A stretch of 63,984 nt of DNA, filler included, from an uncultured bacterium (GTDB lineage: Bacteria > CAZSTA01): NCBI GenBank assembly GCA_964609495.1. It is 7 parts of 7 records of this genome, joined end to end, with 100 filler letters (N's around TTAATTAATTAA, not from the genome) between each part and the next. Parts side by side here need not be neighbours in the genome. Positions count along the whole stretch, not along the records: positions 9,341 to 18,534 come from CAZSTA010000150.1; positions 18,635 to 27,755 come from CAZSTA010000151.1; 5 more parts are not named here. One strand, given 5' to 3'. The position numbers and the translations under genes were made by a program. Below, piece after piece: positions 9,341 through 20,479 of this stretch (positions are counted from its first letter, which is position 1; every line of letters starts with the position of its first letter). Under the pieces are notes generated by a model that was not told where the DNA came from, ran no database searches, and worked only from the letters and a program-made list of their open reading frames with translations.

Positions 9341-10069
9341 TTCTATATCAGTTGCTTCCTCCTCCGATGGGATCTGCTCTGGTAACAGACCCTGCTTGCC
9401 CTCCAGATAGGCATCAGCTATGAGAGCGGTTATCAGTTTGATCGCTCGGATAGCATCATCGTTGCCAGGGATGGGGTGACTGATATCATCCGGATCGCAG
9501 TTGGTATCAACGATAGCGACCACAGGGATGCCCAGCTTCTTAGCCTCGGCGACCGCTATTCGCTCCTTCCTAAGATCTATGATGAACATAGCATCGGGAA
9601 GTCTTTCCATATCCTTAATACCTCCTAAAAATTTCTCGAGCTTCTCCTTCTCTTTCATTAAAAGAGCTGCCTCCTTCTTAGGAAGTATGGAAAATCTGCC
9701 CTCACTCTCCTTATCTTCTAGCTCCTTGAGGCGCTCGATCCTAGTTCGGATAGTGCGGAAATTCGTCATAGTCCCCCCTAGCCAGCGCTGATTCACGTAG
9801 AAAGCAGAACATCTGGTGGCTTCCTGCTCAATAGTGGCTTGAGCTTGCTTCTTCGTCCCCACAAAGAGGAGCGAAGCGCCTTTTGCCCCTAACTCCCTCA
9901 CGAAGTTATAAGCCTCCTCGATCTTCTTCATAGTTTTCTGTAGATCTATAATGAAGATCCCGTTTCGCTCCATAAAGATAAACTGTTTCATCTTTGGATT
10001 CCAACGACGAGTTTGATGTCCGAAATGTACTCCAGCCTCAAGAAGCTGCTTTAAGGTAACTCCTGCCAA
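9341..10069 (-). CDS. rpsB: 30S ribosomal protein S2, 3'-truncated by gap; likely TTG start at 10069
   Basis: [19 protein letters not shown]...[22 protein letters not shown]. Confidence 0.97.
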
Positions 10070-10094
10070 ATAATTCACCTCCTTATTTTTAATT

Positions 10095-11087
10095 CTAACC
10101 ACCCGCTTTTGCACTCTCTAAGCTCTTGCGAGCATCTTCATAATCGGGATCTAGCTTAAGCGTCTCCTCCCATTCCTCTATAGCTTTCTGTCTCTGCCCT
10201 TGCTCCCAATAAAGATTAGCTAAGGCAAAATGAAAGTCAGGATTTCCAACATTCAAAAACACCGCATCCTTATAAGCGGATACCGCCTCATCTATCTCAC
10301 CTTGCCCTCGATATTTCTGCCCTAATCGAGCGTAGAAAGCCGCCAGATTATGATAAGCGGCCCTATAGGATGGATCTAAAGCTATAGCCTGCCTCGACTC
10401 ATAGATAGCCTCCTCGATCTTATCCTGTTTGTAATAAGCCAAAGCTAATCTCCGACGAGCATCGGCATTAGTGGGAGAAGCTATTATCGCCTCCCTAAAT
10501 TGCTCGACTGCCTCCTCGATCTTATCCTGGGAGAAATATACCCATCCCAAGTTGGTGTGGATAGAGGTTTCCTTTGGTCCAAGTCGCAGGGCCTTCTCAT
10601 AGAAATCTATGGAGTTCTTATAATCCCCTTTGTAGAAACAGATCAACCCCAGTTGGTTATAGGCAGATACGTTTTGTTTATCTATCTCAAGGATCTTCTC
10701 AGCTTCCTGCTCAGCTTTATCCAACATATAGCTGAAGGTTTTCCTATCCTCCTCGTAAAGACTGAGCTGAGCATTCACTAAGCCCTCCCGAGCTAGAATG
10801 TCCTTATTATTGAGCTTAATAGCCTTATCAAAATTGATCATAGCCGAATCTAAATTCCCCTTCTTTAGATAAGCCCACCCCAAGCTACTATAAGCGACTG
10901 AACTATCGGGACTAGCTTTGGCGGCTCTCTCATATTCGGCTATAGCTTTATCCCAGAGTCCCATATTGTAGTAGGAGTTTCCCCGGGTAAGATATACCTG
11001 ATAATCCTCCTCAACAGCAAAAGCAATTGTTGAGAATAACACTAAAGATAACACTAGGATGAAAATTCTGCCTCTGCCAAGCTTCAT
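10095..11087 (-). CDS. exported TPR protein
   Basis: Signal peptide (AFA) plus TPR repeats. Confidence 0.88.
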   Translation of the reverse strand: MKLGRGRIFILVLSLVLFSTIAFAVEEDYQVYLTRGNSYYNMGLWDKAIAEYERAAKASPDSSVAYSSLGWAYLKKGNLDSAMINFDKAIKLNNKDILAREGLVNAQLSLYEEDRKTFSYMLDKAEQEAEKILEIDKQNVSAYNQLGLICFYKGDYKNSIDFYEKALRLGPKETSIHTNLGWVYFSQDKIEEAVEQFREAIIASPTNADARRRLALAYYKQDKIEEAIYESRQAIALDPSYRAAYHNLAAFYARLGQKYRGQGEIDEAVSAYKDAVFLNVGNPDFHFALANLYWEQGQRQKAIEEWEETLKLDPDYEDARKSLESAKAGG

Positions 11088-11101
11088 TCGTCTTATTCCT
11101 C

Positions 11102-12517
11102 CTATAGAATATATTTGCTCAAGTCCTCATCACCAGCTATATCTGCCAACTTCTCTCGGACATAATCCGCATCAATCGTTATCTTCTCACCTTTATATTT
11201 ATCAGCATTAAAGGATAGATCCTCCAGCAACTTCTCCATTACCGTGTATAATCTCCGAGCTCCGATATTCTCCGTTCTCTCATTCACCTTATAGGCCATC
11301 TCTGAGATCTCCCTCAAGGACTCCTCGGTAAATTCTATATAGACCTCCTCCGTCTTCAGCATCTCGGTGTACTGTTTTACCAAGGCATTTTTAGGGCGAA
11401 TCAATATCTTCTGAAAATCCTCCCTAGATAGGGTGGATAGCTCAACGCGCAGGGGGAATCTACCCTGAAGCTCCGGGATCAGATCCGAGGGTTTAGATAC
11501 ATGGAAAGCCCCAGCCGCGATGAAGAGGACATGATCGGTCCTGACTACCCCATACTTAGTCATCACTGAAGAGCCTTCAACGATGGGAAGTATATCCCTT
11601 TGCACTCCTTCTCGAGAGACATCGGGACCGGTTCCAGCCTCTCGTCCAGCTATTTTGTCCAACTCGTCGATGAAGATTATCCCTGTTTCTTCGGTTCGCC
11701 GGACCGCCTCTCGAACCACTTCGTCCATATCAATGAGCTTCCTAGCCTCCTCAGCGGTTAATATCCTCTTAGCTTCCTCCACAGTGACCTTTTTTTTCTT
11801 CTTGTTCTTGGGGAATAATCCCCCTAACATATCCTGGAAGTTGACCCCCATCTCCTCGATTCCCGATCCAGAGATGACCTCTACGAACTTAGGACGAAAG
11901 GACTCCTCTATTTCGATTTCCACCATCTTATCATCCAGAAGTCCAGCTCTTAACCTTCCTCTGAATTTTTCTCTAGTGCTAGTGTGGATTAATTCCTCTT
12001 CCTTCTCCCTCTCTTCCTCCTCTTCTTCACCCTCAGTGCTAAAGGAGCCTCCAAAAAGAGAGCCTAAATTCAATCCTTTTGTCATTCTCTTACGGACTGG
12101 CGGGACCAAAGCATCTAATATCCTCTCCTCCACTAGCACCTCTGCTCTCTCTTGAACCGTCTTCATCGTCTCATCGCGCACCATATTTACCGCCAGTTCG
12201 GCGAGATCTCTGACCATCGATTCCACATCTCTACCAACATATCCTACCTCGGTATATTTAGTAGCTTCCACTTTTATAAATGGAGCATGAGCTAAATTAG
12301 CCAACCTTCTAGCTATCTCTGTCTTACCTACTCCAGTAGGGCCTATCATAATTATATTCTTCGGAGCTACCTCTTCCTGAAGTTCAGGGGGAAGCATCCT
12401 CCTCCTGAAGCGATTCCGCAAGGCTATAGCCACTACTTTTTTCGCCTGATCTTGACTGATTATATACTTATCCAATTCGCCTACGATCTCAGAGGGGGTG
12501 GGATTATTACTATTCAT
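11102..12517 (-). CDS. hslU: HslU/ClpY protease ATPase subunit
   Basis: [22 protein letters not shown]-terminal DLSKYIL; ATG 12517 overlaps hslV end. Confidence 0.97.
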   Translation of the reverse strand: MNSNNPTPSEIVGELDKYIISQDQAKKVVAIALRNRFRRRMLPPELQEEVAPKNIIMIGPTGVGKTEIARRLANLAHAPFIKVEATKYTEVGYVGRDVESMVRDLAELAVNMVRDETMKTVQERAEVLVEERILDALVPPVRKRMTKGLNLGSLFGGSFSTEGEEEEEEREKEEELIHTSTREKFRGRLRAGLLDDKMVEIEIEESFRPKFVEVISGSGIEEMGVNFQDMLGGLFPKNKKKKKVTVEEAKRILTAEEARKLIDMDEVVREAVRRTEETGIIFIDELDKIAGREAGTGPDVSREGVQRDILPIVEGSSVMTKYGVVRTDHVLFIAAGAFHVSKPSDLIPELQGRFPLRVELSTLSREDFQKILIRPKNALVKQYTEMLKTEEVYIEFTEESLREISEMAYKVNERTENIGARRLYTVMEKLLEDLSFNADKYKGEKITIDADYVREKLADIAGDEDLSKYIL

Positions 12518-13067
12518 TTTTATCCTCCAAAATTTCCATGGTGATATTATCATTGGTATAGACGCAGATCGAGGCGGCTATCCGCAAGGCTTCCTCCGCG
12601 ATCTCCGCGGCGGAGAGGGAGGAATGCTTAGACAAAGCTCTAGCTGCCGCCATCGCATAATTACCTCCACTGCCGATTCCGGCGATGCCATCATCCGGCT
12701 CGATAACCTCACCATTTCCTGATATTACCAGTATATTTTCCTTATCTAAAGCTATCAATATCGCTTCCAACCTACGTAAGAATCTATCAGTTCTCCAATC
12801 CTTAGCCAACTCCACGGCTGACCGTTTCAAATTCCCTCTATACTGCTGAAGCTTCTGCTCAAATCTATCGAATAGGGAAAAGGCATCCGCTACCGCTCCC
12901 GCGAAGCCTACGATTACCTTACCCTCATAGATCTTGCGCACCTTTTGAGCTCGGTGCTTCATCACCGTCTCTCCTAGGGAGACCTGCCCATCGCCAGCCA
13001 TAGCGGCTTGACCATCTTTCATAACTGCGAGTATAGTAGTTGCTCGCCACATCATATCTTTTCTCAC
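12510..13067 (-). CDS. hslV: HslV/ClpQ threonine protease subunit
   Basis: ATTILAV...AGDGQV...GSGG. Confidence 0.97.
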   Translation of the reverse strand: MRKDMMWRATTILAVMKDGQAAMAGDGQVSLGETVMKHRAQKVRKIYEGKVIVGFAGAVADAFSLFDRFEQKLQQYRGNLKRSAVELAKDWRTDRFLRRLEAILIALDKENILVISGNGEVIEPDDGIAGIGSGGNYAMAAARALSKHSSLSAAEIAEEALRIAASICVYTNDNITMEILEDKNE

Positions 13068-13083
13068 CTATTTCTATTAATAA

Positions 13084-13440
13084 TTAATGACGTTTATCTC
13101 TCCATTCCCTAAGGATCTCGGTGCTATCTCTCCCTCCTGGAGGTATTTTAGCCTGAAGTTTCTTGATATCCTCATATACCTTCATCAAATCAATCTTCTC
13201 CCTTGCTTTTCTCGTCTCTTCAAAATCTCGCTCGATCGCCTCTAACATCTCCTTAGTAAATCCTATATCCTCAGGCTTGATATTCCACTTGGGCTTTTCA
13301 GAGATTATCCCCTTCTCTCTCTGCTCCTCTATCTTCCTGTCCAATCTCTCCTTAACTACTAATTTCTCCTCATAAGATAGTTCATCTATCGCCTCTGAAA
13401 TCTCCTCAATCGTAAGCTTATTTCCAGCCATCGCTCCCAT
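13084..13440 (-). CDS. hypothetical protein, antitoxin-like
   Basis: RBS AAGGAG; charged helical protein; C-terminal DSTEILREWRD resembles VapB-type antitoxin tails. Confidence 0.6.
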   Translation of the reverse strand: MGAMAGNKLTIEEISEAIDELSYEEKLVVKERLDRKIEEQREKGIISEKPKWNIKPEDIGFTKEMLEAIERDFEETRKAREKIDLMKVYEDIKKLQAKIPPGGRDSTEILREWRDKRH

Positions 13441-13445
13441 CTCCT

Positions 13446-14405
13446 TTAAGCTCTAGGATGAGCGCTTCCGTAAACCTTCATCAACCTCTCTCTAGTTACA
13501 TGGGTGTATAACTGGGTAGCGGAGAGGCTGGTATGCCCTAATAGCTCTTGGATCACCCGCAGATCGGCGCCAGCCTCCAAAAGATGGGTGGCGAAGGTAT
13601 GACGCAGGGTATGAGGGCTTATATTATAATCTAAGCTGACCTTTATTATATACTTCTTCAGATTGCGCTCCACGCTTCTTGCTGATAACCGCCCACCGAA
13701 GCGGTTTAGGAACAGGGCATCTTTATCAGGCTTTCCCAAAGAGGGTTGAATTTGATATAATTTGAGCCGACCATTCTCAAGATAAAATTCTATCGAAGCT
13801 AAAGCCTCTTCTCCAATAGGGATAAGCCTCTCCTTTGCCCCCTTCCCCTTGATCTTGATCAATCCTCTGGAGAAATAGACATCGTCTAAATCAATTGATA
13901 CTAGCTCTCCTACCCTTATCCCCGTAGCATATAGGGTCTCTAAGATGGCTTTATCCCGACATCCTAGGGGAGTCTCAATATCTGGCGCTTCGAGAAGTAA
14001 CGCGGCCTCATTGAGACTTAGAAAAAGCGGTAGCTTCCTTCTGTCTCGAGGGGAGGCAAGCCGGTGAGCAGGATTACGCTCGATTACACCCTCCCGATAG
14101 ATAAAGCGAAAGAAGGAACGCACCGCTGCTAACTTACGCAATACACTACTACGACTGTAGTTCTCTTCGTTAAGATGAGCTAGAAACCTTCGCAGAAACA
14201 GTCGATTTACAGAAGCTAAATCACTCTCCCTCTCGCTTTCTCCCAGATTATCCTCTACGAAGCGAAAGAACTGTTTAAGATCGCTCTCGTAATTCGAAAT
14301 GGTATTGGGAGAGGAATTTTTCTCTATCCTTAAGTAACGCAGAAATTTATCTAAAAGTTCCTCTATATTCTCTCTTCTCTCCTTTGGAACGTAGATAGAT
14401 GCCAT
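13446..14405 (-). CDS. xerC: tyrosine recombinase XerC
   Basis: LYATGIRVGEL, GKGAKER, HTLRHTFATHLL, LLGH, Y; trmFO-xerC-hslV context. Confidence 0.92.
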   Translation of the reverse strand: MASIYVPKERRENIEELLDKFLRYLRIEKNSSPNTISNYESDLKQFFRFVEDNLGESERESDLASVNRLFLRRFLAHLNEENYSRSSVLRKLAAVRSFFRFIYREGVIERNPAHRLASPRDRRKLPLFLSLNEAALLLEAPDIETPLGCRDKAILETLYATGIRVGELVSIDLDDVYFSRGLIKIKGKGAKERLIPIGEEALASIEFYLENGRLKLYQIQPSLGKPDKDALFLNRFGGRLSARSVERNLKKYIIKVSLDYNISPHTLRHTFATHLLEAGADLRVIQELLGHTSLSATQLYTHVTRERLMKVYGSAHPRA

Positions 14406-14419
14406 ATATTATTATAACA

Positions 14420-15727
14420 TTAAATCAGCTTTGACGCAAGTAATTTTAATTCTTTCAAGGATCTTTGAGCTAACTTATATCTCCTCTCCCTCTTATCCCT
14501 TACTTTTTCCTCTAGGAGAGGGAACAGTCCCCAATTGGCATTCATCGGTTGGAAATTTTCGGTAGTAGAAGTTATATAACGGGTTAGTGCGCCAAAAGCA
14601 GTGGTAGGAGGGAAGACTATCGGTTCATCTCCTTTGATCAATTTGGCGGCATTTATCCCCGCTATCAGCCCCATCCCTGCCGATTCGATATAACCTTCTA
14701 CTCCAGTTATCTGACCGGCAAAGAATATCAGCTCATTCCTAATAAGCTGTAACGTGGGCTTCAGTAGGTGAGTCGAATTGATGAAGGTGTTGCGGTGCAT
14801 CACTCCATAACGGACGAACTCCGCGGAGTGTAAAGCCGGAATCAGGCGAAATATTCTCCTCTGCTCCGACCACTTCAATCGAGTTTGAAATCCTACCAGG
14901 TTATATAGAGTTCTCTCCTTATTCTCAGTGCGTAATTGAACTACCGCATAAGGTCTATTTTGAGTTCGGGGATCGATCAATCCCACTGGTTTTAGGGGTC
15001 CAAAGCGAAGGGTGTCCCTCCCTCTCCTCGCTAACTCCTCTATCGGTAAACACCCCTCGAAATATGGGATATTATCAAAATCGTGCCGAGGGGCTTTCTC
15101 CGCTTCGACTAACTCCTCTTGAAATATCTCATATTCCTCTCTATTAAGCGGACAGTTCAGATAATCCTTCTCCCCACCCTTACCATAGCGGGAGGCGAAG
15201 AAATCTCTTTCATAATCTATTGAATCGGCTGAGACGATAGGAGCGGAAGCATCATAAAAATAGAGGTAATCTTCGTCAATTAATTTCGCGATGGAGAAGG
15301 CTAACGCCTCAGAGGTAAGAGGACCCGAGGCGATTATCACCGGGCGATCTTCGGGGATATCGCTTATCTCCTCACGCTTGAGAGCGATGTTGGGATGAGC
15401 TTGTATCGTTTCCGTAACTTTCGCGGCAAATCGTTCTCTATCAACCGCTAGAGCTCCCCCAGCAGGAACTTTGGAATCATCTGCACTCCTCAAGATGACG
15501 GAATTAAGATAGCGCATCTCCTCTTTAAGCAAACCCCCTGCGGTGGTTCGCTCATTGGAGCCAAGCGAATTACTACAAACTAGCTCAGCTAGATATCCGG
15601 TCTGATGTGCAGGAGTCATAGACTCGGGGCGCATCTCGTATAATTCTACTTCGACTCCTCTCTCAGCCGCTTGCCATGAGGCTTCCGTCCCAGCTAGACC
15701 TCCTCCAATGACTAGCAATTGTTTCAT
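14420..15727 (-). CDS. trmFO: tRNA U54 methyltransferase TrmFO
   Basis: [34 protein letters not shown]. Confidence 0.97.
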   Translation of the reverse strand: MKQLLVIGGGLAGTEASWQAAERGVEVELYEMRPESMTPAHQTGYLAELVCSNSLGSNERTTAGGLLKEEMRYLNSVILRSADDSKVPAGGALAVDRERFAAKVTETIQAHPNIALKREEISDIPEDRPVIIASGPLTSEALAFSIAKLIDEDYLYFYDASAPIVSADSIDYERDFFASRYGKGGEKDYLNCPLNREEYEIFQEELVEAEKAPRHDFDNIPYFEGCLPIEELARRGRDTLRFGPLKPVGLIDPRTQNRPYAVVQLRTENKERTLYNLVGFQTRLKWSEQRRIFRLIPALHSAEFVRYGVMHRNTFINSTHLLKPTLQLIRNELIFFAGQITGVEGYIESAGMGLIAGINAAKLIKGDEPIVFPPTTAFGALTRYITSTTENFQPMNANWGLFPLLEEKVRDKRERRYKLAQRSLKELKLLASKLI

Positions 15728-18144
15728 AACTTCGTTTTAGCCACCTCCAGAGGCCTTTTGTAGCTATAATTGCAATCCTCTTTAGGACAGTGAACTCTGA
15801 TCTCTCCCTTCTTCCTGTCGATCTTCTCCACCAAGAAGGGAGAGCCACACTTAGGACATTCCTCCTCAATTGGTTTTCCCCATAGAGTATAATCGCATTG
15901 GGGATAACGGCTACAACCGTAGAATAATTTACCTCGCTTACCTCTCCTCTGGATCAGATGCCCATCGCAACCTTCCCGAGGACAGGGGAAACCGCTATCG
16001 ATAGGCTTCATAAAATCGCATTCGGGATACCTGGAACATCCTAAGAACTTACCATAACGACCCCTCTTAACCACCAGAGGACTCCCACACTTCTCGCAGA
16101 TCTCATCGGTAACCTCTTCCTCCTCAACCTTGAGCTTACCACTGGCATCTTTCGTCAGAGGTTTTGTATTCTTACACTCCGGATATCCAGTGCAGGCTAG
16201 AAAGCGACCATATCGTCCCACCTTGACCACCATAGGTCGACCACATTTATCGCAAGTCTCCTCCAATTCCTCCTCCTCAATGATCTCTACTTCTCCCGTT
16301 CCATTCTCTCGAATATCCCTAGTATTCTTACACTCCGGATACCCCGAGCAAGCGAGAAACTTCCCATAGCGACCATACTTGATGACCATTGGCTTCCCAC
16401 ATTTATCGCACTTGATCCCGCTATCTATCTCGACTTTAGGGAGCTCCTTCTGAGCCCTTTCCAGAGTATCAGAGAAGGGATCGTAGAAGTCCTTCAAGAC
16501 CTCGATCCAATCGACCTTAGCCCCCTCGATATCATCTAATTGATCCTCCATATTCGCGGTGAATTCAACGCTTATAACATCGGGAAATCCTTTGATCAGC
16601 AGATCGGTAACATCGAATCCTAGATCGGTAGGCTTGAGCTGTCTTTGTTCTTTTACGACGTAGCCCCTCTCTTGAATGATGTTGATTATCTCTGCATAAG
16701 TGCTAGGACGTCCGATCCCCTTCTCCTCTAAGGCTTTGACTAGGGTAGCTTCAGTATAACGAGAAGGGGGTTTCGTGAAGTGCTGATTTGCGATGAGATC
16801 TAATAAGCGAAGTAGATCCCCTTTCTCCAAAGGCGGAAGTTGTTGAGATGCTTCTTCTTCCTTCTCCTCATCCTTTGTCCATTTGTAGATCTTCAGGAAT
16901 CCAGGGAATTTAAGAGTTGAGGAAGAAGCTCGGAATAGATAATCCCCAGCGGATATATCAACTGTTATTACCTCGAATATCGCCGGATTCATCTGGCTGG
17001 CAACGAATCTCCTCCATATCAATTCATAGAGGCGATATTGGTCATCATTCAGATATTTCCTTATAGATTTTGGTTCTCTATAGACAGAGGTTGGGCGGAT
17101 AGCTTCGTGGGCTTCCTGCGCTCGCCTCCTCGATTTATATTGAAAGGGCTTAGCAGGGCGATAATCCCCCCCATAATTTTCCTCGATATATTTACGAGCC
17201 TCCGCTTGAGCGGAGGAGGAGATATGAGTAGAGTCGGTCCTCATATAGGTGATCAATCCTACGCTGCCCTCTTTCCCTATATCCAGCCCCTCATATAGCT
17301 GTTGAGCAATGGACATCGTGCGTCGAGCTGTGAAGCCCAAGCGTCGGTTCGCCTCTTGTTGCATTGTGCTGGTGGTGAAGGGAGCAGAAGGGCGTCGCTT
17401 CTGATCTCGCTTTTGTATTTTGGAGACCTTAAATTCCTCTTTTTTGATCGCCGTAACGATCTCATCCGCTTCCTTCTTACTTTTGATCTTAGCCTTCCTA
17501 TTCTTGATCTTAATCAACGTGGCTTCGAAGGGAGGCGGAAAATTTGGTTTCTCCAACTTGGCGTGGATGGTCCAATATTCCTCAGGCACGAAATTTATGA
17601 TCTCTCGTTCCCGCTCGCAGATCAAACGCACTGCTACCGACTGCACGCGACCCGCGCTTAATCCTTTTCTCACCTTCTTCCAGAGAAAGGGACTGAGCTT
17701 ATATCCCACTAATCTATCTAATATCCTTCGTGCCTGTTGGGCGTTAACCTTATCTATATTTATAGCCTTAGGATTATGTAAGGATTCTTGTATAGCTTTC
17801 TTGGTTATCTCATTGAAGATCAATCGACATTTCGCCTTCTTATCGAGTTTGAGATAATTCGCTAGATGCCAAGCTATAGCTTCTCCCTCACGATCCCTAT
17901 CAGCAGCTAGATAGACTTTATCAGCTTTTTCAGCCGTCTGCTTTATCGCTTTTAAGACCTTGCCCTTCCCTCTGATGGTGATATACTTAGGGCGAAAATC
18001 ATTTTCAATATCAACGCCTAATTCCCTTTTGGGAAGATCTCTTATATGTCCCATCGAGGCTTTAACCGTGTATCCAGAGCCAAGAAACTTCTCGATGGTT
18101 TTAGCCTTAGCAGGCGATTCAACTATTACTAAATATTTAGCCAA
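15724..18144 (-). CDS. topA: DNA topoisomerase I with five C-terminal Zn ribbons
   Basis: [33 protein letters not shown]4 ribbons. Confidence 0.98.
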   Translation of the reverse strand: MAKYLVIVESPAKAKTIEKFLGSGYTVKASMGHIRDLPKRELGVDIENDFRPKYITIRGKGKVLKAIKQTAEKADKVYLAADRDREGEAIAWHLANYLKLDKKAKCRLIFNEITKKAIQESLHNPKAINIDKVNAQQARRILDRLVGYKLSPFLWKKVRKGLSAGRVQSVAVRLICEREREIINFVPEEYWTIHAKLEKPNFPPPFEATLIKIKNRKAKIKSKKEADEIVTAIKKEEFKVSKIQKRDQKRRPSAPFTTSTMQQEANRRLGFTARRTMSIAQQLYEGLDIGKEGSVGLITYMRTDSTHISSSAQAEARKYIEENYGGDYRPAKPFQYKSRRRAQEAHEAIRPTSVYREPKSIRKYLNDDQYRLYELIWRRFVASQMNPAIFEVITVDISAGDYLFRASSSTLKFPGFLKIYKWTKDEEKEEEASQQLPPLEKGDLLRLLDLIANQHFTKPPSRYTEATLVKALEEKGIGRPSTYAEIINIIQERGYVVKEQRQLKPTDLGFDVTDLLIKGFPDVISVEFTANMEDQLDDIEGAKVDWIEVLKDFYDPFSDTLERAQKELPKVEIDSGIKCDKCGKPMVIKYGRYGKFLACSGYPECKNTRDIRENGTGEVEIIEEEELEETCDKCGRPMVVKVGRYGRFLACTGYPECKNTKPLTKDASGKLKVEEEEVTDEICEKCGSPLVVKRGRYGKFLGCSRYPECDFMKPIDSGFPCPREGCDGHLIQRRGKRGKLFYGCSRYPQCDYTLWGKPIEEECPKCGSPFLVEKIDRKKGEIRVHCPKEDCNYSYKRPLEVAKTKL

Positions 18145-18219
18145 TTTTAATCACCACATAATTGTTGATCTGTAGGAGATATTTCTCCTAGTTTCTCCTA
18201 AAGTTGCGAACCGCAATTT

Positions 18220-18248
18220 AGTATACCTTATCAACGGTAATTTGTCAA
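18220..18248 (-). promoter_or_regulatory. sigma70 promoter for topA operon
   Basis: TTGACA-N17-TATACT. Confidence 0.75.
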
Positions 18249-18288
18249 GATATTTTTTTCTTAAACTCATAGCTTCGACATAAAACCA

Positions 18289-18376
18289 TCCTCCGTCAAG
18301 GGAGAGGGAAACTAAAGAGATGAGCTTCTATCTCGATGTTCCCTCTCCCCTTGTGGGAGAGGGATAGGGTGAGGGG
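18289..18376 (+). repeat. dispersed palindromic G-tract repeat, copy 1
   Basis: GAGAT...ATCTCGATGTTCCCTCTCCCC-TTGT-GGGAGAGGGATAGGGTGAGGGG, shared with 19275, 22160, 27706, 37668 and 41507. Confidence 0.9.
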
Positions 18377-18411
18377 AAACCAAAAATTGTAGAATTTTTT
18401 ATTTAAAACTA

Positions 18412-18440
18412 TTGACAAATCTCATTTTTTCTGTTATAAT
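18412..18440 (+). promoter_or_regulatory. consensus sigma70 promoter
   Basis: TTGACA-N17-TATAAT with TG. Confidence 0.88.
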
Positions 18441-18461
18441 TATTTTAACTTAATAGGAAGT

Positions 18462-18534
18462 AAAGGTGATGAAGGGAAGAGTAAGCTACCGGACTTCAAT
18501 CCCAGAGAGTCGACGTTGCTGAGAGGTCGTCATC
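18462..18534 (+). promoter_or_regulatory. second T-box riboswitch, stem I only (cut by contig end)
   Basis: GGTGATGAAGGGAAGAGTA...CAGAGAGTCG...GCTGAGAG parallels the leuA T-box stem I and follows a perfect promoter. Confidence 0.8.
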
Positions 18535-18634
18535 NNNNNNNNNNNNNNNNNNNNNNNNNNNNNNNNNNNNNNNNNNNNTTAATTAATTAANNNNNNNNNN
18601 NNNNNNNNNNNNNNNNNNNNNNNNNNNNNNNNNN

Positions 18635-19119
18635 TCTTCAAAATTGACCAATCTCTCGGTTAGAGAACTGATTATCTCTCTTGTTGGCTCTTCTATAAAT
18701 AGGGGATAAAAGCATCTCTTTAACAGGGCATCATTTCTTATATATTTAGCATATTCATACCTTGAGGCTAGACCGATAATCGTCGTATCTCCCAGTGCTA
18801 ATCTTTCCTTAAAAGAAGATCGCCTTATCAAATCCCCCCAATCCAAGCCAATTATCCTCTTATTCCTCAGTATATCTGGGACTTCATTACTCACGATCTT
18901 CTGAGCTAATCCTACCACAATATCGAAACCAACTTCATCATTCCTAACTAAAAGTGGATTCCCTCTCATCTTATGAGAGATAATTTCTATCACCATATTA
19001 ATCTCTTTATCTCGAGAGGCTTTTGGCTTTAACTTCCCATATCTAACCAACTGAGTTAGATCATAACTAAAACCTGGAAATGGAATGGGAAGCCCCTCTG
19101 CTACGAAAAAAAATCGCAT
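18635..19119 (-). CDS. degenerate ClpB/ClpC NBD1-like protein, 3'-truncated by gap
   Basis: DLTQLVRYGKL...RDKEI...GLAQKIVSNEVPDILRNKRIIGLD...YIRNDALLKRCFYPLFIEEP; Walker A is altered and the Walker B segment is missing. Confidence 0.7.
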
Positions 19120-19196
19120 AAATACCTACCCCCCATCCGCATCGCACCTATCAGATAAGTTATATCACTAGACAACAGTCGAGCTTGAGAACCCAC

Positions 19197-19396
19197 CGCT
19201 TAAATCACCCTCTCCTAATCCCTCCCATCTTGGTTTTTGCTGAATTAATAAGGCTGTCAAGGAATCTTGTTAATTATCACCCTCCCCCTAACCCCCTCCC
19301 ATCAAAGGAGGGGGGACTAAAGAGATCGAGCTTATCTCGATGTTCCCTCTCCCCTGGTGGGAGAGGGATAGGGTAAGGGGGAATTATATCTTGAAC
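19197..19396 (+). repeat. dispersed palindromic repeat, partial copy plus full copy 2
   Basis: TTAAATCACCCTC...; CACCCTCCCCTAACCCCCTCCCATCAAAGGAGGGG...GGGAGAGGGATAGGGTAAGGGG...TATATCTTGAACT. Confidence 0.9.
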
Positions 19397-19592
19397 TAAT
19401 AATAGGAACATATTTATTTGAAACCACTTAATTTTCAGGGTGGGAAACAATCCCTGTAGCCCACCTTTCTGTTGAGGGTTGAGGTAGATCAGGAATAGGC
19501 TAAAGCTGATTGCAATTACATCGCCTAACGCGGGGTTGCTGAAGCCACCTTCCAGCTACCCTGGCTGGCCCGAAAATGGCTTCGGCGATGTC

Positions 19593-20468
19593 CTAACCCG
19601 TCGTCTCAATCGGCTGCCACTGCCATCCCTCTCCCTTCTGGATGACGTGGCCCAGACCTGGGAAGGGGAAATGAGAGGCAATCACCAGGGCCTTCTCAGC
19701 AGCGGCCCGATCGAGGAGCCGACGCTTGGTGGCCATGGCTTGTTCAGGCGCGAGGTCGACGACCGGGTACCAGTCGGGCTGCTCCAGATGGATAGGAGAG
19801 AGAACCGTATCGGAGATGCATAGCAGTTGTTCGCCTCCCGAGGAAATGGCTAATGCCATGTGGCCTGGTGTGTGTCCTGGCGCCGCAATGGCCTGTATGC
19901 CAGGCAGGATTTCAGTTTCATGGTCAATGAGATCGAGTTGGCCTTGAATCGGCGGGAGGTTCTTGCGTGCGAACATGAGTAGGAGTTGTTTGAAGTCTTC
20001 CTCCACTTCAAGCTGCGCCAGGTCTGGCTCTGACGTCCAAAACTCCCACTCGTCCTTCCACATAACGTAGTGTGCGTTGGGGAAAGCTGGCTTACCCTCG
20101 GCATCGATGCTCCCCCCGATGTGGTCCGGATGCCCGTGCGTAAGAATGACCGTGTCAATGTCCACCGGCTCAATCCCCTCAGCCTGTAGATTCCGAAGTA
20201 GCTTTCCCGCGCTCGATATCGAACCAGCTCCCCCTCCTGTGTCCACCAGAACCCGGTGCTGTTTCGTGTTGATCAACAAACAGGTCCACGGTGTTGTTAT
20301 CTCTCCTGACTGGATATTGTGTTCGCGAAGTACCTGCTCCAGGCGTTCTTTTGGCGCATTGACGAAAAAGATGTGAGTTGGATAGGTATAGGTGCCATCG
20401 CTGACGGCTATGCATTCGAAATCCCCTATCTTAAAGGGGAAGCTTTCGCTACTCATATTAATTATCAC
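19593..20468 (-). CDS. MBL-fold metallo-hydrolase (MPH/AHL-lactonase-like)
   Basis: THGHPDHIGG, APGHTPGH, SHFPFPG; visibly GC-richer than neighbours. Confidence 0.92.
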   Translation of the reverse strand: MIINMSSESFPFKIGDFECIAVSDGTYTYPTHIFFVNAPKERLEQVLREHNIQSGEITTPWTCLLINTKQHRVLVDTGGGAGSISSAGKLLRNLQAEGIEPVDIDTVILTHGHPDHIGGSIDAEGKPAFPNAHYVMWKDEWEFWTSEPDLAQLEVEEDFKQLLLMFARKNLPPIQGQLDLIDHETEILPGIQAIAAPGHTPGHMALAISSGGEQLLCISDTVLSPIHLEQPDWYPVVDLAPEQAMATKRRLLDRAAAEKALVIASHFPFPGLGHVIQKGEGWQWQPIETTG

Positions 20469-20479
20469 CTCCCCCTCAA

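Noticed and set aside
13446..14405. Tyrosine recombinase as a possible prophage or integron integrase
   Set aside because: Sequence and trmFO-xerC-hslVU context identify housekeeping XerC; no integron-integrase insertion is evident.
19185..19376. Short ORFs with PLTLSLSHEGRG/LSPGGRG peptides (19185, 27430, 37620)
   Set aside because: Translations of the dispersed DNA repeat, not genes.
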